Counted from the first letter of the stretch, positions 39,817 to 52,254 are shown. The stretch is 64,000 nucleotides of DNA from Neovahlkampfia damariscottae (GCA_016618085.1 JABLTG010000039.1:1-64000), one strand, 5' to 3'. The notes: generated from the letters alone by a model not told the origin. Numbers and translations: made by a program.

Positions 39817-40538
39817 TCACATTTTCACTGACTTTATTTTCTCTATCAAATCATCCAAGTCATGTTCATCACAACCCTTTTTTTGATGTAAATATTTCAA
39901 TGCATCATCCATTGTAGCATGATGACCTGATTCAATCAATCCTTTGCTAATTGTATGAAGGTATTCAATTGTAGGTTTTATATATTCAATATTCTTCTTT
40001 GAAGGTTTACAAGTGAACGAAAGAATAGGAATTCCTTCTTCTTCTCCAAGATAAACTAAATGACTATAAAGTGAATCACCTAACCAGTCACTTAAATCAC
40101 CATACTTATAACCTTTTTCAAGTTCCATTTCTAAATGTGATAGTAAATCTTCTTTCTTTATTTTTAAATGGTTTTCTTGAATCATTATTTCAACAAATTG
40201 CTCTTTTGTTATTAAATACATTCTGCATAAAACTGAGGATTCTTTTACATTTGGTTTGATGAAACAAACACCACCTCCATTCCAAATTCTAGACTTGAAA
40301 GAAAAATAAACTTCTGTATTCTCTAATGTTCTTTCTTTCACATCTTTTGGAGGTGTTTTATCCGAACAACCTTTGATTTTTTTTGAATTATTTTTGTTGA
40401 TTTACCTGGATGGACAATGTTTCCTCTGTGGTTTGGTTTTCCTCCTTCAATATATTTCATCAATCTCCATTCATTTAAATTGGAACCATATGATAAGTAC
40501 CAAACTAAATTATCTTTGTTTTCTTTTTTTGAGCTCAT
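39817..40538 (-). CDS. Gamma-glutamylcyclotransferase-like fold protein
   Basis: VWYLSYGSNL, SRIWNGGGVCF, RMYLITKEQF..IMIQEN, PTIEYLHTI; one intron. Confidence 0.65.
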
Positions 40539-40744
40539 TTTCTGTTCACTTTATATTGATGAACTCCGAATGATGTAGAAAATGATTGGACAAAAATCAG
40601 AATTCACTATTAGCAAGAATATTTTGGAGCCTCATGCAATTTCAATTCATTTTTGATCACGTTTATTTGATTTGAATCACCAAAGAAGTCGGATAAATAG
40701 AGTCCATTTTCTACCAATCACAGAATTGCGGAAAATTAGCATTC

Positions 40745-42335
40745 ATGTTGTTTAGCATTTTTTTTCTCCTCTCTGGTGTAGTTTTAGTAAATACAATAAA
40801 TCAACTAAAACTATTACAAGTTATACTTTTTGAATTATTTGTACACACACTACCAAAAAAAAAATGAAAATAAAGAAATCAAAGGAGAATCATATATATT
40901 TCCATTGGCTCTATTATTCATACCTGAAAAATCACCAATCACTACTTACAACTTGAAAAAGAATTTCAAAAAATATGGATATATTTACAAACATACTTTA
41001 GGAACAAGAAACATTTATTTTCTCTCTCATCCTGATGATTTTAAGAAAGTTTTAGTTACAGATTGGAAGAAATTTGGAAAAGATGAAGCAGTACGCACCA
41101 ACTCTGCATTCAAAAAATTTTCTTTATTTCAATTACAACCAAATGAAGAATGGAAAAGACATAGAAGTTTAAGTTCAACTGCTTTTTCAGATTCAAGTTT
41201 AAAATACGAATTTGAAACAAATGTAAACAAAATTACTAATGATTTAATTAACTTTTGGGAACCAATTTCAATGAAAAATGGTGAAATTGATGTGATGAAA
41301 GATTTTGGTGCTTTAACACTTGACGCTATTGGAATATCAGGTTTCGGAAAAGAATTTAAGGCAGTGGAAAATCAAGATGAAACCTTTTCCAATATTATTT
41401 CAACTGTTTTTGGTTCAGCAAAATTCAAAAGTAATTTACCATCATTCATTTATAATTTACCAATTCCATTTCTTCAAAAATATAAAGATAATGATGTTCG
41501 TTGGAGAAAGTATATGGAAGAAATTATTGAAGAAAGAAAGAAAGAACTGGAAAAATCTGAAAAATCTGGTTATACGTTCGAAAAAACAGATTTATTAAGT
41601 AAAATGATGAGCTCACCTGTTCAAGATGAAAATCCATTTGACCCTGAAGAGTTATTAGTAAATACACACACATTCATTGCAGCGGGCCATGAAACAACAG
41701 CGAATACACTCAGGTAAGATTTTATTCCAGATTTAATTTTTTTAAAAAAGTTGGGTATTTTATTATTTGGCAAAATATCCAAAATATCAAGAAATGGTAA
41801 TTTGAAGAAATAAACTGATTTAAAATAGATTTACAAAGAAGCAAAATCCGAATTTGGTGGAGATGAAGTTTTGTCTTTTGAAAAATTAGCAAAAGGTTTC
41901 CCAATATTAAAAGCGTTTATCAATGAAACTTTGAGATTAAAGAATCCAGCATTCGGTGTATTAAGAAATTCATTGGAAGATTATGACTTCCAAGGCCACA
42001 AAATTCCAAAAAAATCAATGGTTGTTCTGGTGTTCTGTGCTTCTGCAATTGATCAAAAAATTTGGGGTGAAGATGCAGAAGAATTTAGACCTGAAAGATT
42101 TTTGGAAAAGGATATGAATGAGTATAGATACATATTTACGCCATTTTCAATGGGTCCAAGAGTGTGCATTGGGAAAAGATTTTCTGAGATGGAAATGATA
42201 TTGATATTGTCCAAAGCAATGATGAAGTTCAGAATTTCACCAACAGAGAGTTTAAAGGATGTGAAAGAAAAAATTAACTTCACAATGAAACCTTCTGTTC
42301 CTATTATTGTAAAATTGTCACCATTAAAAGAATAA
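40745..42335 (+). CDS. Cytochrome P450
   Basis: AGHETT (I helix), ETLR, FRPERF, FSMGPRVCIG heme motif; N-terminal TM; introns. Confidence 0.95.
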
Positions 42336-42438
42336 ATTTTACTTCACAACACCATCAATGAAAAAATAACTTTGAACTTGAAAGAAATAAAAGACTGCCA
42401 ATTTACAAAGGCACAAAATCAAGATCCAATCAAAAAAG

Positions 42439-42509
42439 TGCGCCGACCGGGAATCGAACCCGGGCCATCAGCTTGGAAGGCTAACATCCTGCCACTAGAC
42501 TATCGGCGC
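42439..42509 (-). tRNA. tRNA-Gly (TCC)
   Basis: GCGCCGA TA GTCT AGTGGC AGGA TG TTAGC CT TCC AA GCTGA TGGC CCGGG TTCGATT CCCGG TCGGCGC A; followed by CTTTTTT Pol III terminator. Confidence 0.95.
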
Positions 42510-42797
42510 TGTGATTGTTGATAATTGGTAAATTGTAGAACCTATTTTTATTCCGGATGAAATCATTCAAAGAACATGGAAATTTCCAACTTGTCATTTC
42601 TTGAAATTTTGTTGAGTTTGCAATTCATGATATTCACAGTACCAAACTGTTGGTACAAAAATCGTTTGGGATTTCATCTGCGTTAATGTGGCCCCGCATC
42701 AAGAAAAAAATGATTTGTGAAACTTGACTTTGTTTCTTTTTTGAACATCACAAAAAAGTCGGATTGTTTGAATTGAAAAGAAACTAACCAAAAAGAA

Positions 42798-42870
42798 CTC
42801 CTCCACTTGGGTTCGAACCAAGGACCTGTAGGTTAACAGCCTAACGCGCTACCGACTGCGCCATGGAGGA
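42798..42870 (-). tRNA. tRNA-Asn (GTT)
   Basis: TCCTCCA TG GCGC AGTCGGTA GCGC G TTAGG CT GTT AA CCTAC AGGTC CTTGG TTCGAAC CCAAG TGGAGGA G; T-run terminator. Confidence 0.93.
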
Positions 42871-43300
42871 TCTGTTGTAATCTGAGGAACATTATTTAGA
42901 TATCATAAAAAAGAATCCTTTTTCTGTTGGAGACTTTCAACATAATTTTCTCTAGAATGCTTGAGTGTCATACATCAATGGAGATGAACAAAATTAATGC
43001 TTGAAAATCTATCTGGTGGGAATTATGTTGATCAACCTTCTCTTGAGCATCTTTCATTTCCACCATTGCAACTTGTAAATCTTGAATCAACTCTTTATAA
43101 CTATCTAATAAAATAAAAAAAAAATTAAAAATACCAATTGTCATTTCGTCTTGAAGAGCTTTCTGAGTTGCTGTGAAGTTATTTTGTTCCAATTGATTTC
43201 TTTTTTGTTTTGAAATTGCTACAAGCTCTTTTTATTGAATTTTATATTCTAATTCTGAAATGCATAAATTAACAAGAATATTGACCACTTGGACGAAAAC

Positions 43301-43440
43301 AAGCACAGACCACATCTTTGCACTTTTCAAATTTTTAATTGGACAAGAATTTTTCAAAAAATCTTTCTAAATGCACAACAATGTGTGAAGGTTGAGAAGA
43401 ACTCCAATATTTAAAACTTGCAAAGAAGTGGTCTGTGCTT
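43301..43440. mobile_element. Possible MITE-like 140-bp element with terminal inverted repeats
   Basis: AAGCACAGACCACATCTTTGCA (43301-43322) versus TGCAAAGAAGTGGTCTGTGCTT (43419-43440): 21/22 inverted match; no clear TSD. Confidence 0.4.
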
Positions 43441-43585
43441 AAATCATTTCAAAAAAATAGGATTATTTCGTTAATGTTGCCATGCATCAAGAAAAAAATG
43501 ATTTGTGAAACTTGACTTTGTTTCTTTTTTGAACATCACAAAAAAGTCGGATTGTTTGAATTGAAAAGAAACTAACCAAAAAGAA

Positions 43586-43658
43586 CTCCTCCACTTGGGT
43601 TCGAACCAAGGACCTGTAGGTTAACAGCCTAACGCGCTACCGACTGCGCCATGGAGGA
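43586..43658 (-). tRNA. tRNA-Asn (GTT), copy 2
   Basis: Identical to 42798-42870. Confidence 0.92.
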
Positions 43659-43812
43659 TTNNNNNNNNNNNNNNNNNNNNNNNNNNNNNNNNNNNNNNNN
43701 NNNNNNNNNNNNNNNNNNNNNNNNNNNNNNNNNNNNNNNNNNNNNNNNNNNNNNNNNNAACATCACAAAAAAGTCGGATTGTTTGAATTGAAAAGAAACT
43801 AACCAAAAAGAA

Positions 43813-43885
43813 CTCCTCCACTTGGGTTCGAACCAAGGACCTGTAGGTTAACAGCCTAACGCGCTACCGACTGCGCCATGGAGGA
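43813..43885 (-). tRNA. tRNA-Asn (GTT), copy 3 (may be copy 2 repeated across the assembly gap)
   Basis: Identical sequence immediately after the N-gap. Confidence 0.7.
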
Positions 43886-44059
43886 TTTGGATGTCGATTA
43901 ATTACTCTAACTTCTAACAGAATATGTCAAAATGATTGAGGATTTTGTAATTTTGTGTTTGAGATTTCTCACCAGATATACATCACAGAAAGAAATACTT
44001 TGTTGTGTCACAGGTATGAGAAAATGATGGTAATGGGATTGTTGTTTCAAAATTTGATT

Positions 44060-44596
44060 TTATTTGGAATTGAAAATTCTTTCAAGGTTTAAAGTTTCAA
44101 TCTCTGCATATGATAAGTTTTTTTGGAGTTCATTTGCGAATATTGTTGCATATTTTCTTTGTTTTTTGATTTTTGTTGGTTGTTGTTTGTCAAAATTACC
44201 CTTTGCTGATTGTGTCTCAGTTTCAGTTCTTAATTTTTTTAAACTCACTCCATCTGCTGTATGAACTCGATCTACCAAAAAAATTGAGTGATTATTATTC
44301 AAACCCCATCCTCTGAAAATTAGATACAAAATCAAATGATACCTTCTTGAAGTATTTCCATGGAGAGTAATAAAACTGTTAGGTCTAATAGATTAATAGA
44401 ATTATAATTACGATGAAGATGAGAATATGTTTCCCGAAATTTTGAATTCCAGTTTACCATCAGAATTAATGATGGCTGAAAAAATTAAATTTTGGCAAAG
44501 ATTACCTTCATGACCTTGAAAATAGAGAACGTCCCCTACTTTTAACAATCCATATTTGACTATATCTGGAATTTTGGTTGTTGATTTGGAGTACAT
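44060..44596 (-). CDS. Small RAMA-domain-like protein (multi-exon)
   Basis: IPDIVKYGLLKVGDVLYF..AIINSDGKLEF..GNIFSS..PNSF...GWG...GVSLKKLR resembles the RAMA domain pattern of MPND-type proteins. Confidence 0.5.
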
Positions 44597-44716
44597 GTTT
44601 TCACCGCGTTTTTTTGGAGTGAAAGAGTTTGTTTGGTTGAAATTTGTCCAATCAAAATGATGAATTTTAAAACAATTTCAGACCATCAATCAAAATAATG
44701 AACAAAATGAAAAAGT

Positions 44717-45778
44717 CTATTGTGAAAATTGATTTGTTGACTTGAAAGTTGGCATGAATAGAATATCTTTTGGGTATGGCTTTGATTTGAAATACTCATG
44801 TTTTAGCGCATCTGAAGCTGAAATTCTTTTCTTTGGATCATAACAGAGCATTTTTTCCAATAAATCTAAACCAATAGGATCACAAATTCCATTAAATTTA
44901 TGTTGAATATTGGAATACGACTCCATAGGAATTTTAATTTTACTTGCAAGTGGTAATTTATGAAAATCAGGCCATATTTTATCAGAAGGATAACCAATCA
45001 ACTCAAAAATTAATTGTAATTGATGCATGTCGGACTTTCCAGGTAGCAAAGGTTCTTTCAATAATAATTCACCTTTGAAAATTTAACATAATAAAAGTCA
45101 TACCAAAAATACAACCAACTGCCCATATATCGATAGAAGTTGTATATTCTTTATCACCTAATAATATTTCAGGTGATCTGTACCATAAAGTGACAACTCT
45201 TGGGGTTAATTGTGGATAATCTTTTGAAAAGTTTCTGGCCAATCCAAAGTCAGCTAATTTGACCTCTCCTCTGTTGTTATATAACAAATTTGATAATTTA
45301 ATATCACGATGTATGATATAATGTTTGTGGAGATATTCAATTGATTTTAAAATTTGCATTAAAAGACATTTGATTTCACTCTCTGAAAAATTTTTTTTCA
45401 TTGTGTCAAGTAACATTCCAAGGTCATGCTCACAATATTCAAAAACTAAAAATATTGAATTCAAATCCTTTCCAACCACGACATCTTTCAATTGAACAAT
45501 ATTTGGATGAGATACTTTTTTTAAAAGACTTATTTCTCGAATAGAGGTCAGTGGTACTCCATTTCCATTTTCTGTATCCATTTTAATTCTTTTCAAAGCT
45601 ACTATATCTTTGGTTTTTGTATCTTTTGCTCTATAAACTGTTCCATAAGTTCCTTCACCTATTCTGAATAATATTTAGTTCTTTTTTTTTGTTTTTACCT
45701 ATTAAGCTTTTCAAATTCTTCAACACTTCTACAATTTCCGAAATATGAATGTTTCTCACTTTTTGGTGGCTGTTCCAT
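44717..45778 (-). CDS. CDK10: Cyclin-dependent kinase, CDK10/11 subfamily (CDK10-like)
   Basis: [55 protein letters not shown]-terminal MPTF. Confidence 0.88.
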
Positions 45779-45839
45779 TTGTTGAAAACAGAAGAAAAAT
45801 GATTGGATGAAAAAAATCAACATAAAAATGTTTTTTAAT

Positions 45840-47867
45840 TTATTTCAATTGATCCAATACTTGTTTAACACGATCTCTAACATCTAACTCCGAATCATTT
45901 GTCAAACCTTTCAAATATTGCTCACATTCTAATTCATTGATGATTTTTTTTCTCTCTTCAACACCTTTATCACCTTTCCAAGTTAAATTTATCAAAACCC
46001 ACAAAGCAGCAACCTTTACATGTTTATTTGAAGATTGTAAAAAGTTCAAAATAAATTTCAAAATATTTGACTTCATGATTTTATCCTTTTGATCACCAGC
46101 TGAAATATTTGAAATAACATAAAGTGTTTGAATGATTACTCCATTATTATTTGATTTTAATTTATCAATTAAAATTGGAATTAATTGGTCATTCAATTCT
46201 TTAATTAGATAAGCAATATCTTCATAATTGCCATGTGCAATATTACTTAATAACTTTAAACATTGTTCTTGAATATTTGAGTCATCATCTTTTAATAATT
46301 CAAATATTCTTTTGGCTGTCATTGATTCAAGTATTTTTTTTTTAATCTCAACTGTACTTCTAAATGCTAAATTTTTCAATGCCCAAATTGAATTTAATTT
46401 TAATAAAGAATGTAATGAATTTGTGTTTTTAACTAATATTTCAACTCCATTTTTTTCAATGAAGAAGTTTTTCATTGGTGAAAAATCAACAATAACGTTA
46501 CAAACACAAGCACATGAAATTGATTTGATTTCATCGGATGAATGTTCCATCAACATCAGTAATGGTCTTGTTACACCAGAATCAAGTAAAGTTGATCTAA
46601 GTTTTGGAGAACTTCTTGATAATCCTTTTATACATTTGCAAGCAACTAATTTAATTTTTTCATTTTCTTCAGCTAAACTATCAACAATCAATGGAAGAAC
46701 ATTCGAGTCAATAATTTTTTTTCTTCCTTCTTCAATCAAAGAACACATTTCTGCTAAACTAAATAAACAATTCTTTGAAAAGTTAAAACTAATGATTCAA
46801 ACATATTTCATGGTTTCTGATAATTGTTGATCTTGATTGGTTAGAAATGATGATATTTTTTCAATAGCATCAGAATCACAAACAAATTGTTGCAATTCTT
46901 CATTTCCAGTGACTAAATTAGCCAAAACTAATGGTGTTTGCTCTCTTGGTTTTCCATTTTCATTCAATAATTTTATGATGACTGGCAGCACATCTTCCGA
47001 AATATCCAAGTCACAATCAATATCATTTTTATAAAAATTCACAATACTAAAAACATTAATTTTTTGTTTTTCAAACCATTGACATGATAATAATCTTACA
47101 ATTGGATCTTTATGTACTATCAGATTTGTAATATCATCAACATGTTTTAAAGTTTTTGTGATTTGTTTATTGTCTTTCGTTAATTGTACAAGACATTCTA
47201 AACATCCTCCTAATAGTTTTATATTCCTTGAATCAAGAAATTTTTCAATTTTTTCAACTCCATTGTTTTTATATATTTCTTCTTGATGTTTCTTTGATTG
47301 AATACATTTCGACATTAAACTTAGAATAATTTCATTAATAAAATCGTTTTTTCCAAGTAAATTAAGTAAATTTAAAACATAATTTTCCTAAAATAAATGA
47401 TATGTTCATTTCTTACGGTAATTAAAATTTCTTTTGGAACTAAATTACTACTGTAGAGAATTTTCAATGATCTTGTTGAATTCTGAATAATTTTTGGATT
47501 TTTGGTGTTTAATGATTTAAAAAGAACTTCAATACCTCCATTTTTTATTACTTCTTTGACTGACTGTTCTGTTCCGTGACCAAAACTACCTAATCAAAAA
47601 TAAAATGTTAACAGAAAAAAAAAACTTTACCAAGAGCTGCAGTTGCATGACATAAAATCTCTACATCTTGTTCTTCCTTTAGTATGTCGATTATCCTAAA
47701 TAAAATCAAAAAAAAAAAAAAAATTACAAAGGAATGACGCCAGCAGAAAGGTAAGCAATTTTTTTTGTTTGATTTCCTATGATTGAGTTCTTTATCTTCT
47801 TGATAGATTTCAATTTCTTTTCATATTCCATAGACTTCAAATCATCAAGTGTCTGTTGAAAACTCAT
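45840..47867 (-). CDS. ARMC8: Armadillo repeat protein ARMC8/Vid28 (CTLH/GID complex)
   Basis: IKKIKNSIIGNQTKK, AALGSFG, LSRS..LRSTL, VCNVIVDFSPMK, LNSIWALKNL, ALWVLINLTW. Confidence 0.85.
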
Positions 47868-47956
47868 TATGATGTGATTTTATTGGTTAATTTTAGACCA
47901 ACAAATTGGCTTTTTCTTTTCAAGAAAAAACAACAACTTAACTTGAACTTTTTTCA

Positions 47957-50690
47957 ATGTCCAACATTAAAGTACCAAAAAATCATGAAAGAACATCAAG
48001 TTATTTCACAGATGGAAGTGAAGACAATGTTGAACCAAAATCACCTGTACCACAAACACCTTCAAATCCAGTCACACCAAATAGATCACAAAGTGAATAT
48101 AACTTAACACGTAAAAACTCCATGCCAACACCAAAAAGTTTTGGAAACGACTTTGATTCATTCAAACATTCTTCACATTATAATTTAGCCAATGCAAAAA
48201 CTCCAAGAAAAGAAGGTAGAAATTCAAGACAAGACAGAAAAAAAATGTTATCAAGTTTTTATGGAAGTACTGATTCAACACCAGTGACAAGTCCTCAACT
48301 AGGAGGTTCAAAACTTAAAACAATTTCATTAACTGATGACGATATTGATACTCCTCATTTTAACGCTGACAGATACGTCAAATCATTATTATCAAAAAAT
48401 GATTTAAACTCATTAATTGATAAAGACAAAAAATTGTGTGAAGGTAAAATTTATCAAAGTTTAAATTTTTTGAAATTTAGAAACTAAAAGTTTAGATAAT
48501 GAAATGCAAAAATTAGTTTATAAAAATTACAACAAGTTTATAATTGCCACAGAAACTATAAAAGATATGAAAGTTTCAGTTGGAGAAATGGAAGGAAAAA
48601 TGAAACAATTAACAAAATCTATTGATGAAATTACTGAGACATCAACAATTATTAACAACAATCTTGCAACAAAACGTGATAAAATTGAGAGTTTATCAAG
48701 CACCAATAGAATGTTAAAGAAACTTCAATTTTTATTGGTTCTTCCATCAAGATTAACTGACTCATTAGCACTAAAAGCGTATTCAGTTGCAGTTAGAGAT
48801 TATTTAAGAGCAGAAAAAATCTTAAAACAATATCGTCACTTACCAAGTTTTCAATCAATAGAAAAAGAATGCATGGATATTATGATCAAATTAAAAACAA
48901 CTTTACATGAAAGTGTAAAAACACAAAATATACCAAGACAAACCTTAATCACTCATCATCATTTATTATTTCAATTAGGAGAATCAACTGAATATTTATT
49001 AAAACAATTTCTTGGTTTTCGTGAAAAAGAGTTATTGGATAGACTTGGTGAATATAAACATCAAAAAGAAAAAGATTTGAAGACAAATTTGCAAACATTG
49101 AACAAAAATTTTATCAAGAAATATCAAGCTGTATTTGATCTTTATAAACATATTTTTGAAGTTCCTGAAATATTACCAAAAAATTCACCAAATTTAAAAC
49201 CAATTTTAGGTGAAATAACCCATGATATTTTTGAAAAATATTTCAAAATTGTTCATGATTTATTTTTGGTTGATTTTCCAATTGAAATTTGTCCTACAAA
49301 TTTGAATTTCAAGGAAAATATAAATAATGAAAAACAAAAAAAAAAAGTTGCAAAATCATTGGAAGAGATTAGAAATATTTTAGTTTCTCTTTCGACAGAA
49401 ATTTCATTGGTTGATGAAAAAGTACCAGATGGAAAAATATCAAACCTTTTATCAACATTTTTATTTGATTATATGTTTAATTTTTTAAATTTGAACTTGA
49501 TTCAAGTCAAAGAAGATGTTTCAAATTCATTAAACCACTACAAGAGTTTATCAGATAATGAAGATGTTAATGTCAACTTAACTGCTGCTGCCTTTTCAAA
49601 AAACATTGAAAATGATTTAATTGATATTATTTCCGAATTGAATGTAAAATTTTTTTTTACAAATTTTTTAACTTTTCACCAATAGAACTTTTTTGATTTG
49701 AAAATTTCAACAATCAATCAAAAGGATAATGTTTCAACATTAATCGATAAAACTTTGGAAATTCTTGATTATTTGAAATCATTTTTAGATGATAATTCAT
49801 CAAAAAAAGCGGATATTCATTTGGCTGAAAAAGATGAAAGAATTAAAACGACACCAATGGGAGCATTACTTCTTTGCAAGTTTGCACAGGAAATGGAACA
49901 AACAACATCAAAGAGTATTATTGATAGAATTAGTGAATTTGATACCTCAGCAAGAGCAAAATTCACTTCAAAATTTGGTGAATGCTCCAGTAAAATGCTA
50001 GTTTATTATATTGAAAAATTATCTGATGATTTAAGTGAAATTATTGTAGCTGGAATTGATTCTGTAAATTGGAAATCTCTTTCAAAACCTCCAACTGGAG
50101 TGAGCAAGGTACTGAAAAAAATTCAAAAAATTAATTGAATTTTTCTTCCAATAGGATGTTGTGAACTATGCAAATCATATTTTAAGAATCAATAAGGATG
50201 TTTCTGTGGTTTTTCAAGATGAATCAGATGATGAAAAATCTGATAATTATTCTTCCGAAATTGGATCGTCAGCTTTTCAATACAAAAAAAGTGGATTTGG
50301 ATTTGAAGAAAATAGTGGATTTACAAAAGATGTTTTAAAAATATTTAATCAAAGATTAACAAGATTAGCTATTCATCAACCTGAATTTAAAAGAAATTAC
50401 ATTTTGAATGAAATCATCAAAAGAACATTGAAATCATTTGATGAATCAGTTCGTTTTATGACATTCTCAAAATATGGATATCAACAAATTCAAGTTGACA
50501 CAAATTATTTGCAAATCAAATTAAGAGATATTTTAGATGATGAAAAGTAATTCAAAATATGTATTGATTTTTTTATAGCTTCCTTCGTAATTTATTGAAA
50601 GATATCTTTAGTAATGTTGAGGATAGATGTAAAGAATGTGAGTCTTTAAATCATGAAACTGTTGTTGAATTATACTCAAAGGAGAAATAA
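47957..50690 (+). CDS. VPS51: Vacuolar protein sorting 51 (GARP/EARP subunit)
   Basis: DIDTPHFNADRY, LDNEMQKLVYKNYNKFIIATETI, LKKLQFL..LPSRL, ESVRFMTFSKYGYQQIQVD; four introns. Confidence 0.9.
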
Positions 50691-50724
50691 AATGGTTTTT
50701 TTTGTTTGAACCAATCATTTTATC

Positions 50725-51510
50725 ATGTTGTTACAAATTGATGCGAATGGTGATGTTTTTGTTGTTGAACAAAAAAATGTAAAATTAGTTGAAGATGTGA
50801 AAAAGGATATTCATAAAATTATAAGTATCAGACAAACCATTCTACGATTATTTTTGGTAAATTAAATATTTAATGTGAATTTTCAAAAGAACGATCATTT
50901 GAAGTACCAAGAATTATTTGATAAAACCATTGCTCCAGAGTTGTATGAACAGAAAAATACCACTTCTGTTGAAAAATTAACAGAACAATTCGAAGAACAA
51001 GTAGAAACTATTGAATATAAAAATGAACTGGATTTATACTTCATTGACAAAAAATTAGAGTCACCAAAGAAGCTCATAGATATATTTGGAAATAATGAAA
51101 ATACAAAAGTCAAAATAAAACTCTCAAAACAATTCAATGAAGAATTAGAAAAATATGATAAAATTTACGAGTTCATTGATAGAAATAAATTTAAAGAAGT
51201 TTCATTTTTTGAAGCACAAAAAGATTTAAAAGTTAAAGAATCAGTTGATTCTGAAACTATTGTTGAAAAAGAAAATTTGGAAATTATTGGAAAGAGTAGA
51301 ATTATTGTTGAAAAATTGAAAGAAGAGAAATTACAATTGATGATTTTGGACATTGATCAAGCAAAAGATCGTGAAAAAGCATTGGAAAATGCCATGAAAG
51401 ATCCTGAATTTGCTTTGTTCGTCAGTGAAGTTTTGTACATCATTGGAGAAAGAGATTTGGGTAATTTAGAAGCAGACATGAAATTTTTGAAAAAATTAAT
51501 CAAAAAATAA
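50725..51510 (+). CDS. Hypothetical helical/coiled-coil protein
   Basis: ATG 50725 after CCAAT 50711; one intron; open frame to TAA 51510. Confidence 0.6.
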
Positions 51511-51551
51511 ACTATTTAGTTCATCAACCAAAAATTTTTTTAATCAAAATT

Positions 51552-52133
51552 TCATTTTTTCTTTTTTAGAAATCTATGTATTTTTGGACTCAAATATTTT
51601 CGAAATCTTGAAAGACTAAATAATCCAAGAGTCAAACAACTTGTACTCAATATTCCAAATAATGCCACATCCCAATGATCATAACTACTGCTGGGAATCA
51701 AACAACTAATTTGTGGATTTTTTATATTATAACGAACATTTACAAAACTCTCTGGACGAAATTGAATCATCTTTTCCATATTTAAATATGTAGAAGCCAC
51801 TTTCAAATTTATTTTTTGATTCATAAATTGTTTTCCAAAAGCAACATACTCATATGTAATAACAGGTCTATGTCTGACATAATAAACAGATGTTATTATT
51901 CCTCTGCAGGCAGGCCAGTTTATTGAATCTTTTTGGTATTGTAATTGTTCATAAATATATTTCGAAGCTGCTCCAAGTCCAACAGAAATACCTAAAAAAA
52001 AAATTAAAACTTGTTTTGCAAAACCAGAAAACAGAACACCAAGTATCAGATGATCTGATGGTGTATCATATTGAAATCTATTAAAAATTCTTTTTGGATT
52101 CAACTTTCTCAACGTCGACTTCATCTTTTTCAT
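51552..52133 (-). CDS. DUF3592-like membrane protein
   Basis: TM, then SINWPACRGIITS...RPVITYEY...VNVRYNIKNPQISCL, then a second TM. Confidence 0.65.
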   Translation of the reverse strand: MKKMKSTLRKLNPKRIFNRFQYDTPSDHLILGVLFSGFAKQVLIFFLGISVGLGAASKYIYEQLQYQKDSINWPACRGIITSVYYVRHRPVITYEYVAFGKQFMNQKINLKVASTYLNMEKMIQFRPESFVNVRYNIKNPQISCLIPSSSYDHWDVALFGILSTSCLTLGLFSLSRFRKYLSPKIHRFLKKKK

Positions 52134-52254
52134 TATTTAATGTTTTGTGCGGTTGACCAATGAACGAATTGAAAAAACTAAAAAAATGCACAAAGTTAAA
52201 CCAGCAACTCAAGAGAGTTGTTGATCACCAGTATGTGCATTTCTCAAAAAAAAG

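Larger units (their letters stand above)
42681..43887. repeat. About 190-bp direct duplication containing tRNA-Asn (42681-42871 and 43469-43659), with a third partial copy after the N-gap (43759-43887)
   Basis: Near-identical sequence at offset 788; assembly gap of Ns at 43661-43758. Confidence 0.9.

Noticed and set aside
40595..40685. Second box C/D snoRNA candidate (minus strand)
   Set aside because: Box C is degenerate (TGGTGA), no target is recognised, and the region is a divergent promoter with CCAAT boxes.
42776..42790. GAAAAGAAACTAAC resembling the 5' region of LSU rRNA
   Set aside because: Only 14 low-complexity bases with no flanking rRNA similarity; likely chance.
42968..43192. 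Small spliced coiled-coil gene between the tRNA-Asn copies
   Set aside because: An intron-like segment is present, but I could not find a convincing start or family, so it is left uncalled.
43621..43836. ORF spanning the N-gap
   Set aside because: Artefact of translating through tRNA sequence and Ns.
43759..43887. A third independent tRNA-Asn repeat unit or long tandem array
   Set aside because: The sequence left of the gap ends GAGGATT and the right side repeats it and continues GAGGATTTGG, consistent with overlapping contig ends. It cannot be counted as real without long reads.
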